A stretch of 64,000 bases of DNA from contig CAWIGG010000006.1 of assembly GCA_963835575.1 (NCBI GenBank), positions 192,001-256,000 on the forward strand, written 5' to 3'. Below the pieces are notes generated by a model, which did not search any database, was not told the DNA's origin, and worked only from the letters and a program-made list of their open reading frames with translations. A program made the position numbers and the translations under genes. The stretch comes from an uncultured Spirochaetota bacterium. GTDB taxonomy: Bacteria; Spirochaetota; Brevinematia; Brevinematales; JAOACQ01. Below are positions 1 through 12,145 of the stretch, in pieces (within the stretch, counting starts at the first letter, position 1; each line of letters starts with the position of its first letter).

Positions 1-760
1 TCAATAGTTGTCCGATCACTTCTATCGTTTTACCATATCTTTCGTCTATCAGAAACTTCCCGTTTGTTTTTCGGTCTATTTCCAGGTAAAGCCTTCCCAG
101 GTATGTTCTGAGCTTACGGACTTCCTTCGCCGCTTTCTTCATCTTCCGGCTATGGGCATAACGAGACTGCATCAGAAGGCAATGTTTGCCAACCCGCTCG
201 AATGTTTGTTTTAATTGGATATTATGCGTTTTCGCGTAACGTACAAGATATCGGATCGCTTTGTAATAAAGCCTCGCATCGGTCGGATAAGCAATCGCCT
301 TTTCCTGTACGGTCGTATCCACATTGACTCTTGCCAAATCCGATTTTTTGATCGCTTTCGATTCCAAACCGGCACGGATCGTCTCTTTAAGCATTGTTTT
401 GCATCCGCTTTTCTCAATCCTTTTCCGCCAGCGGCTCATTGATGAAGGATTGATAGGAAATTCATGCTCAAAATACTCTCCACCGCAGAAATATCGCCAA
501 TATGGATTCTGCACCCAAAATGCCACTACGTCGTCATCGCTCATGTCAAACGCGTATTTCAGGTAATGCAGCCCAACCATTAGCCTTGTCGGCACTCCCG
601 GTCTTCCGTTGTCCGGACAATACAATTCGCCCATCGTTTCTTCAAAATGTTTCCAGTTAAACCGTTCCGCCATTTTACACAGGGGTTGGTTTAAATCCAC
701 AATCCTTCTCAGCGGTATTTTAAAAAGCTCTTCTTCCGCTTTTAATATATTTGGTGTCAT
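1..760 (-). CDS. IS5-family transposase, N-terminal part (runs off the window start; absent from the ORF track)
   Basis: Manual translation from ATG at 760: MTPNILKAEEELFKIPL...DNGRPGVPTRLMVGLHYLKYAFDMSDDDVVAFWVQNPYWRYFCG...PSSMSRWRKR...VNVDTTVQEK, typical IS5 motifs. Confidence 0.9.
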   Translation of the reverse strand, partial: MTPNILKAEEELFKIPLRRIVDLNQPLCKMAERFNWKHFEETMGELYCPDNGRPGVPTRLMVGLHYLKYAFDMSDDDVVAFWVQNPYWRYFCGGEYFEHEFPINPSSMSRWRKRIEKSGCKTMLKETIRAGLESKAIKKSDLARVNVDTTVQEKAIAYPTDARLYYKAIRYLVRYAKTHNIQLKQTFERVGKHCLLMQSRYAHSRKMKKAAKEVRKLRTYLGRLYLEIDRKTNGKFLIDERYGKTIEVIGQLL

Positions 761-874
761 TGTGAAAACTCCCGGTTTTTATTGGCTTTTTGCTGTTTCC
801 CAGGAGTTATTTTACACTATTTTTGCTTTCCTGGCCAATATTCATAAGCCTTTGCTGGCTTTTTCAGGGACAAC
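1..874 (-). mobile_element. IS5-family insertion sequence, partial; upstream end near 874
   Basis: Transposase plus candidate terminus GTTGTCCCTGAAAAAGCC (minus strand) next to a CTAA/TTAG-type site; the other end is outside the window, so the boundary is unconfirmed. Confidence 0.65.
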
Positions 875-905
875 TAATTATCATCGTTGATATTTTGAAT
901 CAGGC

Positions 906-938
906 GCAGTTCCAAAAACCTGAGATTTTTGGAACTGC
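906..938. repeat. Palindromic REP/MITE-like hairpin GCAGTTCCAAAAA-N7-TTTTTGGAACTGC
   Basis: 13-bp perfect inverted repeat; the same arms recur at 10067-10223. Confidence 0.8.
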
Positions 939-1004
939 CTCATAAATTTTTATTGAGAAACCCGGCTTTCTGTTCCGATAATTAACCGCCGGGGGCGCTT
1001 TGTT

Positions 1005-1877
1005 ATGAAAAATGGTGTTTTTACTTCAATAAATAATATTAAATCCTATGCAAAAATAAATCTTTTTCTTGATGTGACAGGCGTCGATTCGGCGGACGGT
1101 TACCATTATATTGACAGTCTTTTTCAGGAAGTGACTCTCTATGATGAAATAGAAATAAAAAGGCATACTGAAGACAATACCCTGTTTCAAAACGAAGATA
1201 TTCCGGCCGAAAATACTGTGAGTAAAGCGTTGAGGCTATTTAAGGAAAAGTATCAAATTGACGACTCTTTTTCAATTAAAATCGTTAAAAATATTCCCAT
1301 CGGAGCGGGCCTCGGCGGTGGCAGCTCGAACGCCGCCGCTGTTCTGACAGCCCTGGCAAAAGCCTATCGATTGCCGATGGCTGAAATTATTGAGATAGGC
1401 CGTAAAATCGGGAGCGATGTACCGTTTTTCTTTACCGGCGGGCTCTGCCGGGTCCGCGGAAAGGGAGAAAAGGTGGAATCTCTTGATATAAAACTCGAAA
1501 ATATGGCATTTTTGATCATTTACCCCATGATCCACATCTCGACAGGCTGGGCCTATTCGCTTATCAATGATAAAGAAAAGAAATACGACTTGGAAAAATT
1601 TCTTAACAAGACGGCCCCCGATATTGATTTTCTTAAAAAAATAGTGTATAATAAACTCCAGCTTTTTGTTTTTAATAATTGTCAAGAATTAGCTGACATA
1701 AAAAAAAGGCTGGACGGCTTTCTTGATTCGCGCCTCTCTTTTATGAGCGGAAGCGGGTCATCACTGGTGTATGTTTATACTGACTCCCTCAAAGCGCAAA
1801 AGGATTTGACGGCTTTAAAAAGTCAGTCTGGCTATAAAGCTTTTTTATGCGGACCTTACTACAGGAGGACACGGTGA
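1005..1877 (+). CDS. ispE: 4-diphosphocytidyl-2-C-methyl-D-erythritol kinase
   Basis: [26 protein letters not shown] (GHMP kinase), GSDVPFF, MSGSGS. Confidence 0.95.
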   Translation: MKNGVFTSINNIKSYAKINLFLDVTGVDSADGYHYIDSLFQEVTLYDEIEIKRHTEDNTLFQNEDIPAENTVSKALRLFKEKYQIDDSFSIKIVKNIPIGAGLGGGSSNAAAVLTALAKAYRLPMAEIIEIGRKIGSDVPFFFTGGLCRVRGKGEKVESLDIKLENMAFLIIYPMIHISTGWAYSLINDKEKKYDLEKFLNKTAPDIDFLKKIVYNKLQLFVFNNCQELADIKKRLDGFLDSRLSFMSGSGSSLVYVYTDSLKAQKDLTALKSQSGYKAFLCGPYYRRTR

Positions 1878-1938
1878 CCCCTCATTATTGCAGACGGTAA
1901 AAGATTGGTTTTTAATTTTCTTCAGGAGGATAAACTTT

Positions 1939-2193
1939 ATGGAAATCACAGACATCAGGATCAAGAAAGTAGAAGGGGAGAACAAGTTAAAGGCTTATGC
2001 TTCGATTACATTCGATGACAGCTTTGTGATTCACAACATTAAAGTCATTCAAGGAAACAATGGTTTGTTTATCGCTATGCCCTCTAGAAGGACAAGAAGC
2101 GGTGAAATGAAGGATGTGGCGCATCCCATTAATTCCCAGTTCAGGGAAAAGATCCAGAATGCTATTTTAGAGGCCTATCAGGCGGAACAATAA
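1939..2193 (+). CDS. spoVG: SpoVG family nucleic-acid-binding protein
   Basis: [10 protein letters not shown]...[20 protein letters not shown]...GLFIAMPS...DVAHPI; ATG at 1939 after AGGAGG. Confidence 0.95.
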   Translation: MEITDIRIKKVEGENKLKAYASITFDDSFVIHNIKVIQGNNGLFIAMPSRRTRSGEMKDVAHPINSQFREKIQNAILEAYQAEQ

Positions 2194-2208
2194 AAATTAA
2201 AATAGTGT

Positions 2209-2282
2209 TGGGGCGTCGCCAAGTTGGTAAGGCAGCGGGTTTTGGATCCGCCATTTCGAAGGTTCGAGTCCTTCCGCCCCAG
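2209..2282 (+). tRNA. tRNA-Gln(TTG), CCA not encoded
   Basis: TGGGGCG/CGCCCCA acceptor stem, anticodon arm GCGGG-TTTTGGA-TCCGC, T arm GAAGG-TTCGAGT-CCTTC. Confidence 0.95.
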
Positions 2283-2385
2283 TTGTAATTAATACTTTGA
2301 TTCATATTCAATTTCATTAAAACTAAGTTTTATGCTGAATCTCTCTTGCGGTTTTTTGACAAAAAAAGAAAATTGGAGCCTCGAA

Positions 2386-3354
2386 GTGCCTTTTTCCAAT
2401 ATAAGGTTGATATCCGGCAGGGCCAATCAGGAATTGGCAAAAAAGATAGCGGGCTATACCGGCGTTGAGCTGGTCGATGTGATGATAACGGAGTTCGCGG
2501 ACAGCGAGATATTTGTCAGGATACAGGAAAATATACGCGGCAAGGATGTCTTTATCATCCAGCCGATGTGTAATCCTGCTTATAAAAACATTATGGAGCT
2601 TCTTATTATTATCGATGCTCTCAGGAGATCTTCCGCGGAGAGGATAACGGCGGTTATACCGTATTTCGGATATGCCCGGCAGGATAGAAAAGCGGAGCCC
2701 AGGGTCCCGATCACAGCAAAGCTTGTGGCGAACCTGCTGACCGTGGCCGGGACGGACAGGGTCCTGGCGATGGACCTGCACGCGGCGCAGATACAGGGCT
2801 TTTTTGATATTCCGGTGGACCATCTTTACGCGACGCCGGTATTTCTTAATACCCTCAAGGAAGTTAAGGACCTTTCGGATTATGTCGTTGTATCCCCGGA
2901 CGCGGGCGGAGTGGAAAGGTCGCGTTTTTTTGCCAAGCAGATCGGAGTCAGTATGGCGATACTGGATAAACGCAGAGAAAAGAAAAATGAGGCCGAAGTC
3001 CTGCACCTCATTGGCCGCGTGGACGGAATGAATGTCATTATGATAGACGATATGATCGATACGGCGGGCACTGTCGTCAAGGCGGCGGAAATGCTCAAGA
3101 AGAAAGGCGCGAAGTCGATCAATGTTTATTCGACGCATGCCGTTCTTTCGGGACCGGCCGCTGAAAGGATAAAAGGATCGGTTATTGATAATCTGTATTT
3201 GACTGACACGATCCCGATTGATGATGCTAAAAAGAAGCTGATGGGAAATAAGCTGCATGTCCTGTCTGTTTATGAACTGATCGGACAGGCGATAGAAAGG
3301 ATTCATTTGAACCTTTCAGTCAGTTCGCTGTTTGTTTCGGAGAATAAAGTATAA
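2386..3354 (+). CDS. prs: Ribose-phosphate pyrophosphokinase
   Basis: PYFGYARQDRK, DLHAAQIQGFF, VVSPDAGG, IDDMIDTAGT; GTG start at 2386 after GGAG (ORF track starts 2332). Confidence 0.95.
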   Translation: MPFSNIRLISGRANQELAKKIAGYTGVELVDVMITEFADSEIFVRIQENIRGKDVFIIQPMCNPAYKNIMELLIIIDALRRSSAERITAVIPYFGYARQDRKAEPRVPITAKLVANLLTVAGTDRVLAMDLHAAQIQGFFDIPVDHLYATPVFLNTLKEVKDLSDYVVVSPDAGGVERSRFFAKQIGVSMAILDKRREKKNEAEVLHLIGRVDGMNVIMIDDMIDTAGTVVKAAEMLKKKGAKSINVYSTHAVLSGPAAERIKGSVIDNLYLTDTIPIDDAKKKLMGNKLHVLSVYELIGQAIERIHLNLSVSSLFVSENKV

Positions 3355-3382
3355 AAGAAGTGTAAATAGAGGAGAATAGTTT

Positions 3383-3931
3383 ATGTCAGAAAGCGATTTT
3401 GTTTTGAATGCGGAAGAAAGGCAGATGATGGGGAAATCGAATTCCCTTAAGATCAGAAGCACGCAGAAACTGCCTGGTGTAGTTTATGGGCCGGAAATTA
3501 AGGAAAATATCTTCATTACCGTAGACTATAAAGAGTTTGAGAAAACCTTTAAGACTTATGGAAGGCATCAGGTGTTTAATCTGTCAGCCGGTAAGAAAAA
3601 GTTTCCTGTGATCATCAAGGATTATAAAATTCATCCAATAAGCAGAAATTTCCTGCATGTGGATTTTTACGCGATAACGCCCAAAAAGCCTTTCACAACG
3701 GAAGTCCCGGTTAAGTACACCGGCACTCCGGTAGGCGTCAAGGAAGGCGGCGGTCTCTATATCTTTACAAGGCAGGTGAGGATTAATACTGACCTTGCGA
3801 ATCTGCCTGCGTCAATTGATGTGGATATCTCTCAGTTGAAGATAAACCAGTATCTGATTGTCAGGGATATTCCAAAAGGCAATTATAAGATATTGACCCA
3901 TGAAGGTACAGCCTTGGTCGAAGTTAAATAA
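3383..3931 (+). CDS. rplY: 50S ribosomal protein L25/Ctc
   Basis: LPGVVYG, HVDFY, VPVKYTGTPVGVKEGG; conserved prs-ctc-pth order. Confidence 0.92.
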   Translation: MSESDFVLNAEERQMMGKSNSLKIRSTQKLPGVVYGPEIKENIFITVDYKEFEKTFKTYGRHQVFNLSAGKKKFPVIIKDYKIHPISRNFLHVDFYAITPKKPFTTEVPVKYTGTPVGVKEGGGLYIFTRQVRINTDLANLPASIDVDISQLKINQYLIVRDIPKGNYKILTHEGTALVEVK

Positions 3932-3946
3932 ATTCTCCGGCGGAGG

Positions 3947-4513
3947 TTGCTTTTGAAACTGGTAGTAGGTTTGGGAAACCCGGGTGAGGCTTATGAAGGA
4001 ACCCGGCATAATCTGGGATTTATTGTATTGGACCGCCTTGCGGTGAGACATGACACAAGCGTGGACATCAAGAAAAAAAAGTCCATGATCGGCAGGTTCA
4101 GACTGGGCAAGGAAAGAGTGATGCTCCTGAAACCCCAGACTTTTGTAAACTTAAGCGGTGAAGCGGTCCTTTACATGGCCAGCTTTTTGAGGATCATGCC
4201 CGAGAATATTATTGTCGTCTGTGATGATGTCAATCTGGCCCCGGGAAAAATCCGGATCAGGAAATACGGCTCGAGCGGGGGCCATAACGGTATTAAATCC
4301 CTGATACAGTTCCTGAGGTCTGATAATTTTCCGCGCGTACGGATCGGCGTCGGTTCGCCGGCGGATGACCAGCGCCTGGAAAATTTTGTTCTGGACAGAT
4401 TTGCTCCTGAAGAAATGCATCTTCTGGCCCCTTCCATCGAAAAAGCATGCGATGCCATTGAAATGATCATTAATAATGAAATCGAAAACGCGATGAATGT
4501 ATATAATGAATAA
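3947..4513 (+). CDS. pth: Peptidyl-tRNA hydrolase
   Basis: LVVGLGNPG, TRHNLGF, KPQTFVNLSG, GSSGGHNGIKS. Confidence 0.95.
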   Translation: MLLKLVVGLGNPGEAYEGTRHNLGFIVLDRLAVRHDTSVDIKKKKSMIGRFRLGKERVMLLKPQTFVNLSGEAVLYMASFLRIMPENIIVVCDDVNLAPGKIRIRKYGSSGGHNGIKSLIQFLRSDNFPRVRIGVGSPADDQRLENFVLDRFAPEEMHLLAPSIEKACDAIEMIINNEIENAMNVYNE

Positions 4514-4637
4514 AGGGTATTTCCAAAGACTGCCTTAAGTATCAAGCCGGTGTTTATGGAAATACCTGAAACATTGTACTCGGAGAATAATATGTTCTTA
4601 ATTCTTAAGTATTTTGTTCGCTTTTAGACTGCCCTAA

Positions 4638-6071
4638 ATGAAAAAGAGCGGATTTTCAGGGATCATCGAAAAAACTTTTCTCGAAACCGTTTCAAAATTC
4701 AATTTAATCCGGCCTCAGGAAAAGATACTCATCGCTCTATCAGGCGGCCCGGATTCCGTATTACTGGCACATCTGTTTAATAAATTTAAAGAGCAGTTTA
4801 AAATCACGCCTGTTCTGATGCATATTAATCACCATCTTCGCGGCAGGGAAAGCCAAAAGGATGAGAAGTTCGCGTGTGAATATGCCGGCAAACTCGGGCT
4901 TGAATTTGTTTTAAAGGATATTGATGTCCTATCCTATGCTGAAAATAATAAATTATCGCTGGAAGCTGCCGGCAGGGCGCTCCGTTATCAGGCCTTCGAA
5001 GACGCTATGAAAGAAAAGGACTGCCGGAAGCTGGCCACCGCGCATCATCTGGATGACCTTGCGGAGACTATGGTTTTCCGCCTTCTCAAAGGCAGCGGCG
5101 TTTCAGGACTGGCCGCCATTCCGGTCAAAAGGGGAGATATCATCCGGCCACTTCTGTATCTGGAAAAACATGATATTCTGGCCTATCTTGATCAGCATCA
5201 TATTAAGTACCGTATTGATTCCAGCAATAAAAATGACGCGTTTGACAGAAATTATATCAGGAACAGCATTATCCCTCTTTTTGAGAAACGGTTCCCGGCC
5301 TTCAGACGGAAATTCATGGATCTCTATGAGATTATTATGGAAGAGGAACAGGTCTGGCAGGCGCTCCTGGAGCCTTTAAAAAAATCAATCTATGAGGAAG
5401 AAGGCCTTGTTTCCATAAAGAAAAATCTGCTTTTAAGGAATAAGAATACTCCGAAGGCCCTGCTGAGGCGTTTTTTGAAATGGGTCATACAAAACTATAT
5501 GGCCGGGGATTTTTATCCCAATTCGGATCTGCTGGACGATATATTGAAATTCTGTGAAAATAAGGAAGGAAACAAGACAGTATTTAAGAATAATGCCTTC
5601 AGAATTGTCTCTTCCTATGACAGTATCGTTTTTGAGAAAAGCTCAAAAAAATTCCCTAAAAAGCCGAAATATGTTAAACTTAATAATAATCTCAGTGTTC
5701 CCTATGGAAGTTACAGCCTCATTATAAAAAGATCCGCCGGCGGGTTCCGCCCTGAAGGGCCGGCAAAAAACGCCTGCTCATTTGATCCCGGGGGAATGTC
5801 CGGTTTGAAGGTCAGGCAAAGGCTGGAGGGCGACAGGATCAGGATCGCGGCGGCCCGGACAAAAAAAGTAAAAGATTTTTTTATTGATTGTAAATTCAGC
5901 GTCATCCAGAGGGAGGAATCTTTTCTTCTGGAAGCGGCGGATGAAAAAATCATCGCGGTCTATATTCCCGGTTACGGATTCAGGGTTTCCACGGATTTTT
6001 ATGTGAATAAGAAAACCAAAGAGATTATATCCGTCAGGGTTCTTAAAAAGCGCGGGGCATTTGACGCTTGA
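4638..6071 (+). CDS. tilS: tRNA(Ile)-lysidine synthetase
   Basis: ALSGGPDS PP-loop, HINHHLRG, TAHHLDDLAET, IRPLL; upstream of ftsH. Confidence 0.95.
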   Translation: MKKSGFSGIIEKTFLETVSKFNLIRPQEKILIALSGGPDSVLLAHLFNKFKEQFKITPVLMHINHHLRGRESQKDEKFACEYAGKLGLEFVLKDIDVLSYAENNKLSLEAAGRALRYQAFEDAMKEKDCRKLATAHHLDDLAETMVFRLLKGSGVSGLAAIPVKRGDIIRPLLYLEKHDILAYLDQHHIKYRIDSSNKNDAFDRNYIRNSIIPLFEKRFPAFRRKFMDLYEIIMEEEQVWQALLEPLKKSIYEEEGLVSIKKNLLLRNKNTPKALLRRFLKWVIQNYMAGDFYPNSDLLDDILKFCENKEGNKTVFKNNAFRIVSSYDSIVFEKSSKKFPKKPKYVKLNNNLSVPYGSYSLIIKRSAGGFRPEGPAKNACSFDPGGMSGLKVRQRLEGDRIRIAAARTKKVKDFFIDCKFSVIQREESFLLEAADEKIIAVYIPGYGFRVSTDFYVNKKTKEIISVRVLKKRGAFDA

Positions 6072-6096
6072 CGATACGTGTAATTTTCAATATATT
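6068..6096 (+). promoter_or_regulatory. Putative sigma70 promoter for ftsH
   Basis: TTGACG-N17-TATATT. Confidence 0.55.
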
Positions 6097-6141
6097 AATA
6101 GATTAGTGGGAATATTTTTTCTTTTCTTAAAGGAGAACAGA

Positions 6142-8052
<1,911 letters not shown>

Positions 8053-8076
8053 AGCAGAAGGAACGGAAGGTCATGT

Positions 8077-8397
8077 ATGAAAGAAAGGCCGAAGCTTAAT
8101 TTTATCACTTATATCTTTATGCTTTACCAGTCGGGGCTCATAGCCCTGGGAAAGCTGGAGAACCCTATTACAAAAAAAACAAGCATGGAGATTGAAGAGG
8201 TTAAGGGGATTATCGAACTCCTTGAAGTGCTGGAGGAGAAAACGAAGGGCAATCTGAACAGTGAGGAAGAACGCACTTTGAAAATGCTCCTGGACACGCT
8301 CCGCCTGAATTATGTTGAAGAAGCAGATAAAAATGAGAAACAAAAGCCTTCGGGGGGCTCTGAGAAAAAAGACGGGGATAACCTTGAAATCCATTGA
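8077..8397 (+). CDS. DUF1844-like protein
   Basis: ALGKLENP...IIELLEVLEEKTKGNL...LRLNYV pattern. Confidence 0.8.
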   Translation: MKERPKLNFITYIFMLYQSGLIALGKLENPITKKTSMEIEEVKGIIELLEVLEEKTKGNLNSEEERTLKMLLDTLRLNYVEEADKNEKQKPSGGSEKKDGDNLEIH

Positions 8398-9340
8398 TAG
8401 TGACAATATCAAGCGTGAAATCCGGAAAACCATTGTCGGCCAGGACTCGATTATCGACCTGCTCTTGATTACGGTTATCGCGGGCGGGCATGCCCTTCTT
8501 GAAGGTGTGCCCGGTCTTGCCAAGACCCTCCTGATCAATTCCCTTGCCAGGACCCTGGATTTATCCTTTAACAGGATCCAGTTCACTCCCGACCTAGTCC
8601 CATCCGACATCATCGGTACCGAGATCATCGATTTCTCGCAGAAAGGCAGCAAAGATTTTCAGTTTGTTAAAGGCGCTCTTTTTGCCCATATCGTACTGGC
8701 GGATGAGATCAACAGGACGCCGCCGAAAACACAGTCGGCTCTTCTGCAGGCCATGCAGGAAAAACAAGTCACCGTCCTGGGAAAGACATATCCTCTGGAA
8801 CTTCCTTTTTTTGTTTTTGCTACCCAAAACCCGATCGAGTATGAGGGGACATACCCACTGCCGGAAGCCCAGCTGGACCGGTTTCTTCTTCATATTGACA
8901 TCGGTTATCCCGATGAGCGGGAAGAAATGAAAATAATTGATTCAAAACCGTCGAATATTGAAAATATCGTGCCTGTTATTGATAGAAAAGGAATTCTGGG
9001 AATGATGGATAAAGCTGAAAAAATCCCGGTTTCCGATAAAGTCAAAAATTATATTATTACACTGACAAGGAATTCGCGGCCGGATTCGACGGAATTTGAT
9101 TTTATAAAAAAATATGTCGAGTGGGGCGCCGGTCCCAGGGCATCGCAGATGCTTTTAAGGGCTGCAAAAGCCCATGCCTATCTCAATAATAAAAAAATTG
9201 CCGATAAAGAAGATGTGGACTTTGTCCTTATCCCCGGTTTAAAGCACCGGATTATTTTGAGCTATAACACCATGGCGGAAGGCATCAGTGTAAGGACAAT
9301 CCTGGAAGATTTAAAAAAATCGGTAGAGGTAAAAATATGA
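8384..9340 (+). CDS. moxR: MoxR-family AAA+ ATPase
   Basis: LLEGVPGLAKT, RIQFTPDLVPSD, ADEINRTPPKTQSALL, TYPLPEAQLDRF; start (TTG 8384 vs 8312) uncertain. Confidence 0.92.
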   Translation: MKSIDSDNIKREIRKTIVGQDSIIDLLLITVIAGGHALLEGVPGLAKTLLINSLARTLDLSFNRIQFTPDLVPSDIIGTEIIDFSQKGSKDFQFVKGALFAHIVLADEINRTPPKTQSALLQAMQEKQVTVLGKTYPLELPFFVFATQNPIEYEGTYPLPEAQLDRFLLHIDIGYPDEREEMKIIDSKPSNIENIVPVIDRKGILGMMDKAEKIPVSDKVKNYIITLTRNSRPDSTEFDFIKKYVEWGAGPRASQMLLRAAKAHAYLNNKKIADKEDVDFVLIPGLKHRIILSYNTMAEGISVRTILEDLKKSVEVKI

Positions 9341-10059
9341 AAAAAAGTTTCATCTTCCTTTCTTTACTCTGCTTCTTTTTCTTTTCACTTATCTATTCAA
9401 AGTCGCTCTGGCTGAACGGCTCCATCTACAAAATCCGGATCAAACCGGGCGATATCATTAAAATAAAATTTGACGAAAAAACGATCATGAAGTACAGGCT
9501 TGAGCAGAGGCAGAACGCTTATGAGGCCAAGAAGGGAAAAAAGGGTAAAGGAGACGCTTTCAGTTTCTTCCCCGATCTGGAAGTGAATGAGGACGACAAC
9601 CTCCGCAGCCAGAATAATCTATCAATCAATAATGAAAGCAGTTTCGCGCTCAATGCCAAGGTGCTGACACTGGAAAGCAATCTTGCGTCGCTGGAGGGTT
9701 ATCATTCCACTCTCATCAACGGCGAGGTATTTAAACTGGCGATAAGCGGCGAGTTTGACATTAATTCTCTCGGTTCGGAGTCATCGATATATTCCACTGA
9801 TATTTATAACCTGGACTTCAGGGTGATGAACGAATCGCCCACCAATATGGCGCTTTTTAATCAGAATGACCTCGTTTTTACGACAAACTATTCTGATATT
9901 GTCTCAAATATGGTCGTCGGTTCAAATAATATGACCAATGTGCAGTTGACGACAAATTTGTCTTCCTTCAAGCTGGAATTCACCGGTATCCGGGACAACA
10001 AAAAGAAGGAACTGCTCATGAACTATTTAAACAATATGATCAATCTTTTATTCAGGTGA
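9337..10059 (+). CDS. Exported protein, weakly FlgH (flagellar L-ring)-like
   Basis: Signal peptide followed by SLW...IKPGDIIKIKFDEKT, resembling the FlgH N-terminal motif. Confidence 0.45.
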   Translation: MKKSFIFLSLLCFFFFSLIYSKSLWLNGSIYKIRIKPGDIIKIKFDEKTIMKYRLEQRQNAYEAKKGKKGKGDAFSFFPDLEVNEDDNLRSQNNLSINNESSFALNAKVLTLESNLASLEGYHSTLINGEVFKLAISGEFDINSLGSESSIYSTDIYNLDFRVMNESPTNMALFNQNDLVFTTNYSDIVSNMVVGSNNMTNVQLTTNLSSFKLEFTGIRDNKKKELLMNYLNNMINLLFR

Positions 10060-10092
10060 TTTAAGACAGTTCCAAAACTTGTGGTGAGTTTA

Positions 10093-10191
10093 CAGACTGT
10101 GTGAAAACTATTTTTCGCCACGTATTTATTGAAGTTACGGAACGAAAAATATAGAATTACGATGTAAAACACCGACTTTTCACACAGTCTG
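10093..10191. mobile_element. 99-bp MITE with IS1182-type termini
   Basis: TIRs CAGACTGTGTGAAAA / TTTTCACACAGTCTG identical to the IS1182 at 25743; 3-bp flanking duplication TTA. Confidence 0.88.
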
Positions 10192-10250
10192 TTATCGAAC
10201 CAACCTAAAAGTTTTTGGAACTGCCCCTTGTAACGCTAAGGAAATAACTT

Positions 10251-12122
10251 ATGTTGGAGTCAGTGAATTACCCTCAAGATATAAAAAAGCTTTCCATTCA
10301 GGAATTGAATGTCCTGGCGGACGAAATCCGCAAATTTCTTATCGAAAGCGTTATGAAAACCGGCGGGCATCTTTCGCCGAACCTCGGTGTTGTCGAGCTG
10401 ACGATCGCCCTGCATTATGTTTTTGACGCCCCGCGGGACAATATCATCTGGGATGTCGGCCACCAGTCCTATGTCCATAAGATTTTAACGGGACGGAAAG
10501 GAAGATTCCCTTCCCTCAGGATGAAAAACGGCCTGAAAGGCTACCCAAGTCCCGATGAAAGCCCGTATGACCCGGTGCATACCGGTCATAGCTCGACATC
10601 ACTTTCCATTGCCGCCGGAATAGCGCGCGGAAAAATCCTGAACCGGGAAAAAACAAACACGATCGCCGTTATCGGCGACGGTTCTTTTACGGGAGGGCTC
10701 GCTTATGAGGCCCTCAATACGATTTCCCATGACAACCTTCCGGTCATAGTTATTTTAAATGACAACGGTATGTCCATTTCGCTGAATGTCGGCGGGATCA
10801 CTAAATATTTTAAAAAACTGCAGACATCCCGTTCTTATCTTCACTTTAAGAGAAGCTTCGAGTCGATCCTGATGAACAGGGTCCCTATGATAGGGCGTCC
10901 GCTGGTCAGGCTTTTTTACGGTATAAAGGAGTCCATCAAGTCCATCATCCTGCAGAAAAATTTTTTTGAGGATATGGGCATCAGTTATTACGGCCCATTA
11001 GACGGGCATAATATAAAAAAATTGATCGAGACATTTGAGGAAATAAAAAACATCAATAAATCCATCATCATTCATATTGTGACCATGAAAGGGAAGGGTT
11101 ATAAACCTTCCGAGGATAATCCCGGCCATTATCACGGCATAACCGGCGTTTCCCTGAACGGCGATTCCAGCATACCGATTGAAAAAGAAGGGGAAAGCTA
11201 TTCCAAGGTATTCGGAAAGGCCCTGATGGAATTGGCCGAAAAAGATTCCGACATCTTCGCGGTCACCGCGGCTATGAAAACAGGGACAGGGCTTAAGGAA
11301 TTCGCGGATAAATTTCCGGGACGCTTTACCGATGTCGGCATTGCCGAACAGCATGCCGTCGATTACGCCGTCGGACTTTCACTGAAAGGGAAAAAACCCG
11401 TTGTGGCGATTTATTCGACCTTTCTCCAGCGGAGTTTTGACCAGCTGATCCATGACGCCAGCATCGCGAAGGCGAAAATCCTCTTCTGCCTTGACAGGGC
11501 GGGGCTTGTTCCCGGCGACGGCGAAACCCATCAGGGGATTTTCGATATTTCCTATCTCAGGCTTATACCTTATTTTAAGATCATGATGCCTTCCTGCAAG
11601 ACCGAACTGATTATGATGCTCGCTTATGCCCTCAAAAATCTCAAGTCTCCTGTTGTGATCCGCTACCCTAAAGACGAGGCGCTGGATTACCCGGAATATG
11701 ATCCCGGTTCGTTTCCGGTTGTTGAAGGCGAAGGCGTTATTGTTAAAAAAGGAAAAGACGCCATTATCGTATCAACCGGCACTTTATTAAAAGAGGCTTT
11801 AAAAGCGGAAAAACTTCTCAAAAAAAATAATGTTGAAATTGAAATAATTAACTTGCGTTTTGCCAAGCCGATAAGTTATAATATAACGGAGTATTTATCA
11901 CAGGGCAGAAGACCTGTGCTGATTCTTGAGGAAGGCGTCTGGAATGGGGGCGTGGCAGAGTACCTCACCCTGGAGATTTTACGCCGTAACAATAAAAAGA
12001 TAGTAGACTCAATCACTCTTCCCGAAGAGTTCCCTTCCATTGGGACGAGGAGCGAGCTGTTAAATCAATATCATTTCACAAGCGGAGAAATTTTAAAAAG
12101 AATCAGGAGTATGCGTAAGTAA
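10251..12122 (+). CDS. dxs: 1-deoxy-D-xylulose-5-phosphate synthase
   Basis: GGHLSPNLGVVELT, WDVGHQSY, IGDGS...NDNGMSI, DVGIAEQHA, DRAGLV.GDGETHQG. Confidence 0.96.
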   Translation: MLESVNYPQDIKKLSIQELNVLADEIRKFLIESVMKTGGHLSPNLGVVELTIALHYVFDAPRDNIIWDVGHQSYVHKILTGRKGRFPSLRMKNGLKGYPSPDESPYDPVHTGHSSTSLSIAAGIARGKILNREKTNTIAVIGDGSFTGGLAYEALNTISHDNLPVIVILNDNGMSISLNVGGITKYFKKLQTSRSYLHFKRSFESILMNRVPMIGRPLVRLFYGIKESIKSIILQKNFFEDMGISYYGPLDGHNIKKLIETFEEIKNINKSIIIHIVTMKGKGYKPSEDNPGHYHGITGVSLNGDSSIPIEKEGESYSKVFGKALMELAEKDSDIFAVTAAMKTGTGLKEFADKFPGRFTDVGIAEQHAVDYAVGLSLKGKKPVVAIYSTFLQRSFDQLIHDASIAKAKILFCLDRAGLVPGDGETHQGIFDISYLRLIPYFKIMMPSCKTELIMMLAYALKNLKSPVVIRYPKDEALDYPEYDPGSFPVVEGEGVIVKKGKDAIIVSTGTLLKEALKAEKLLKKNNVEIEIINLRFAKPISYNITEYLSQGRRPVLILEEGVWNGGVAEYLTLEILRRNNKKIVDSITLPEEFPSIGTRSELLNQYHFTSGEILKRIRSMRK

Positions 12123-12145
12123 ATCTGTTATTTTGCGGGGTACAG

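Noticed and set aside
8..890. Short ORF-track calls at the window start
   Set aside because: Explained as alternative frames or antisense of the IS5 transposase
2323..3306. Long antisense ORFs (also 7078-7914, 38930-39625, 44415-45086, 23852-24355)
   Set aside because: Shadows of well-supported genes on the opposite strand; no motifs
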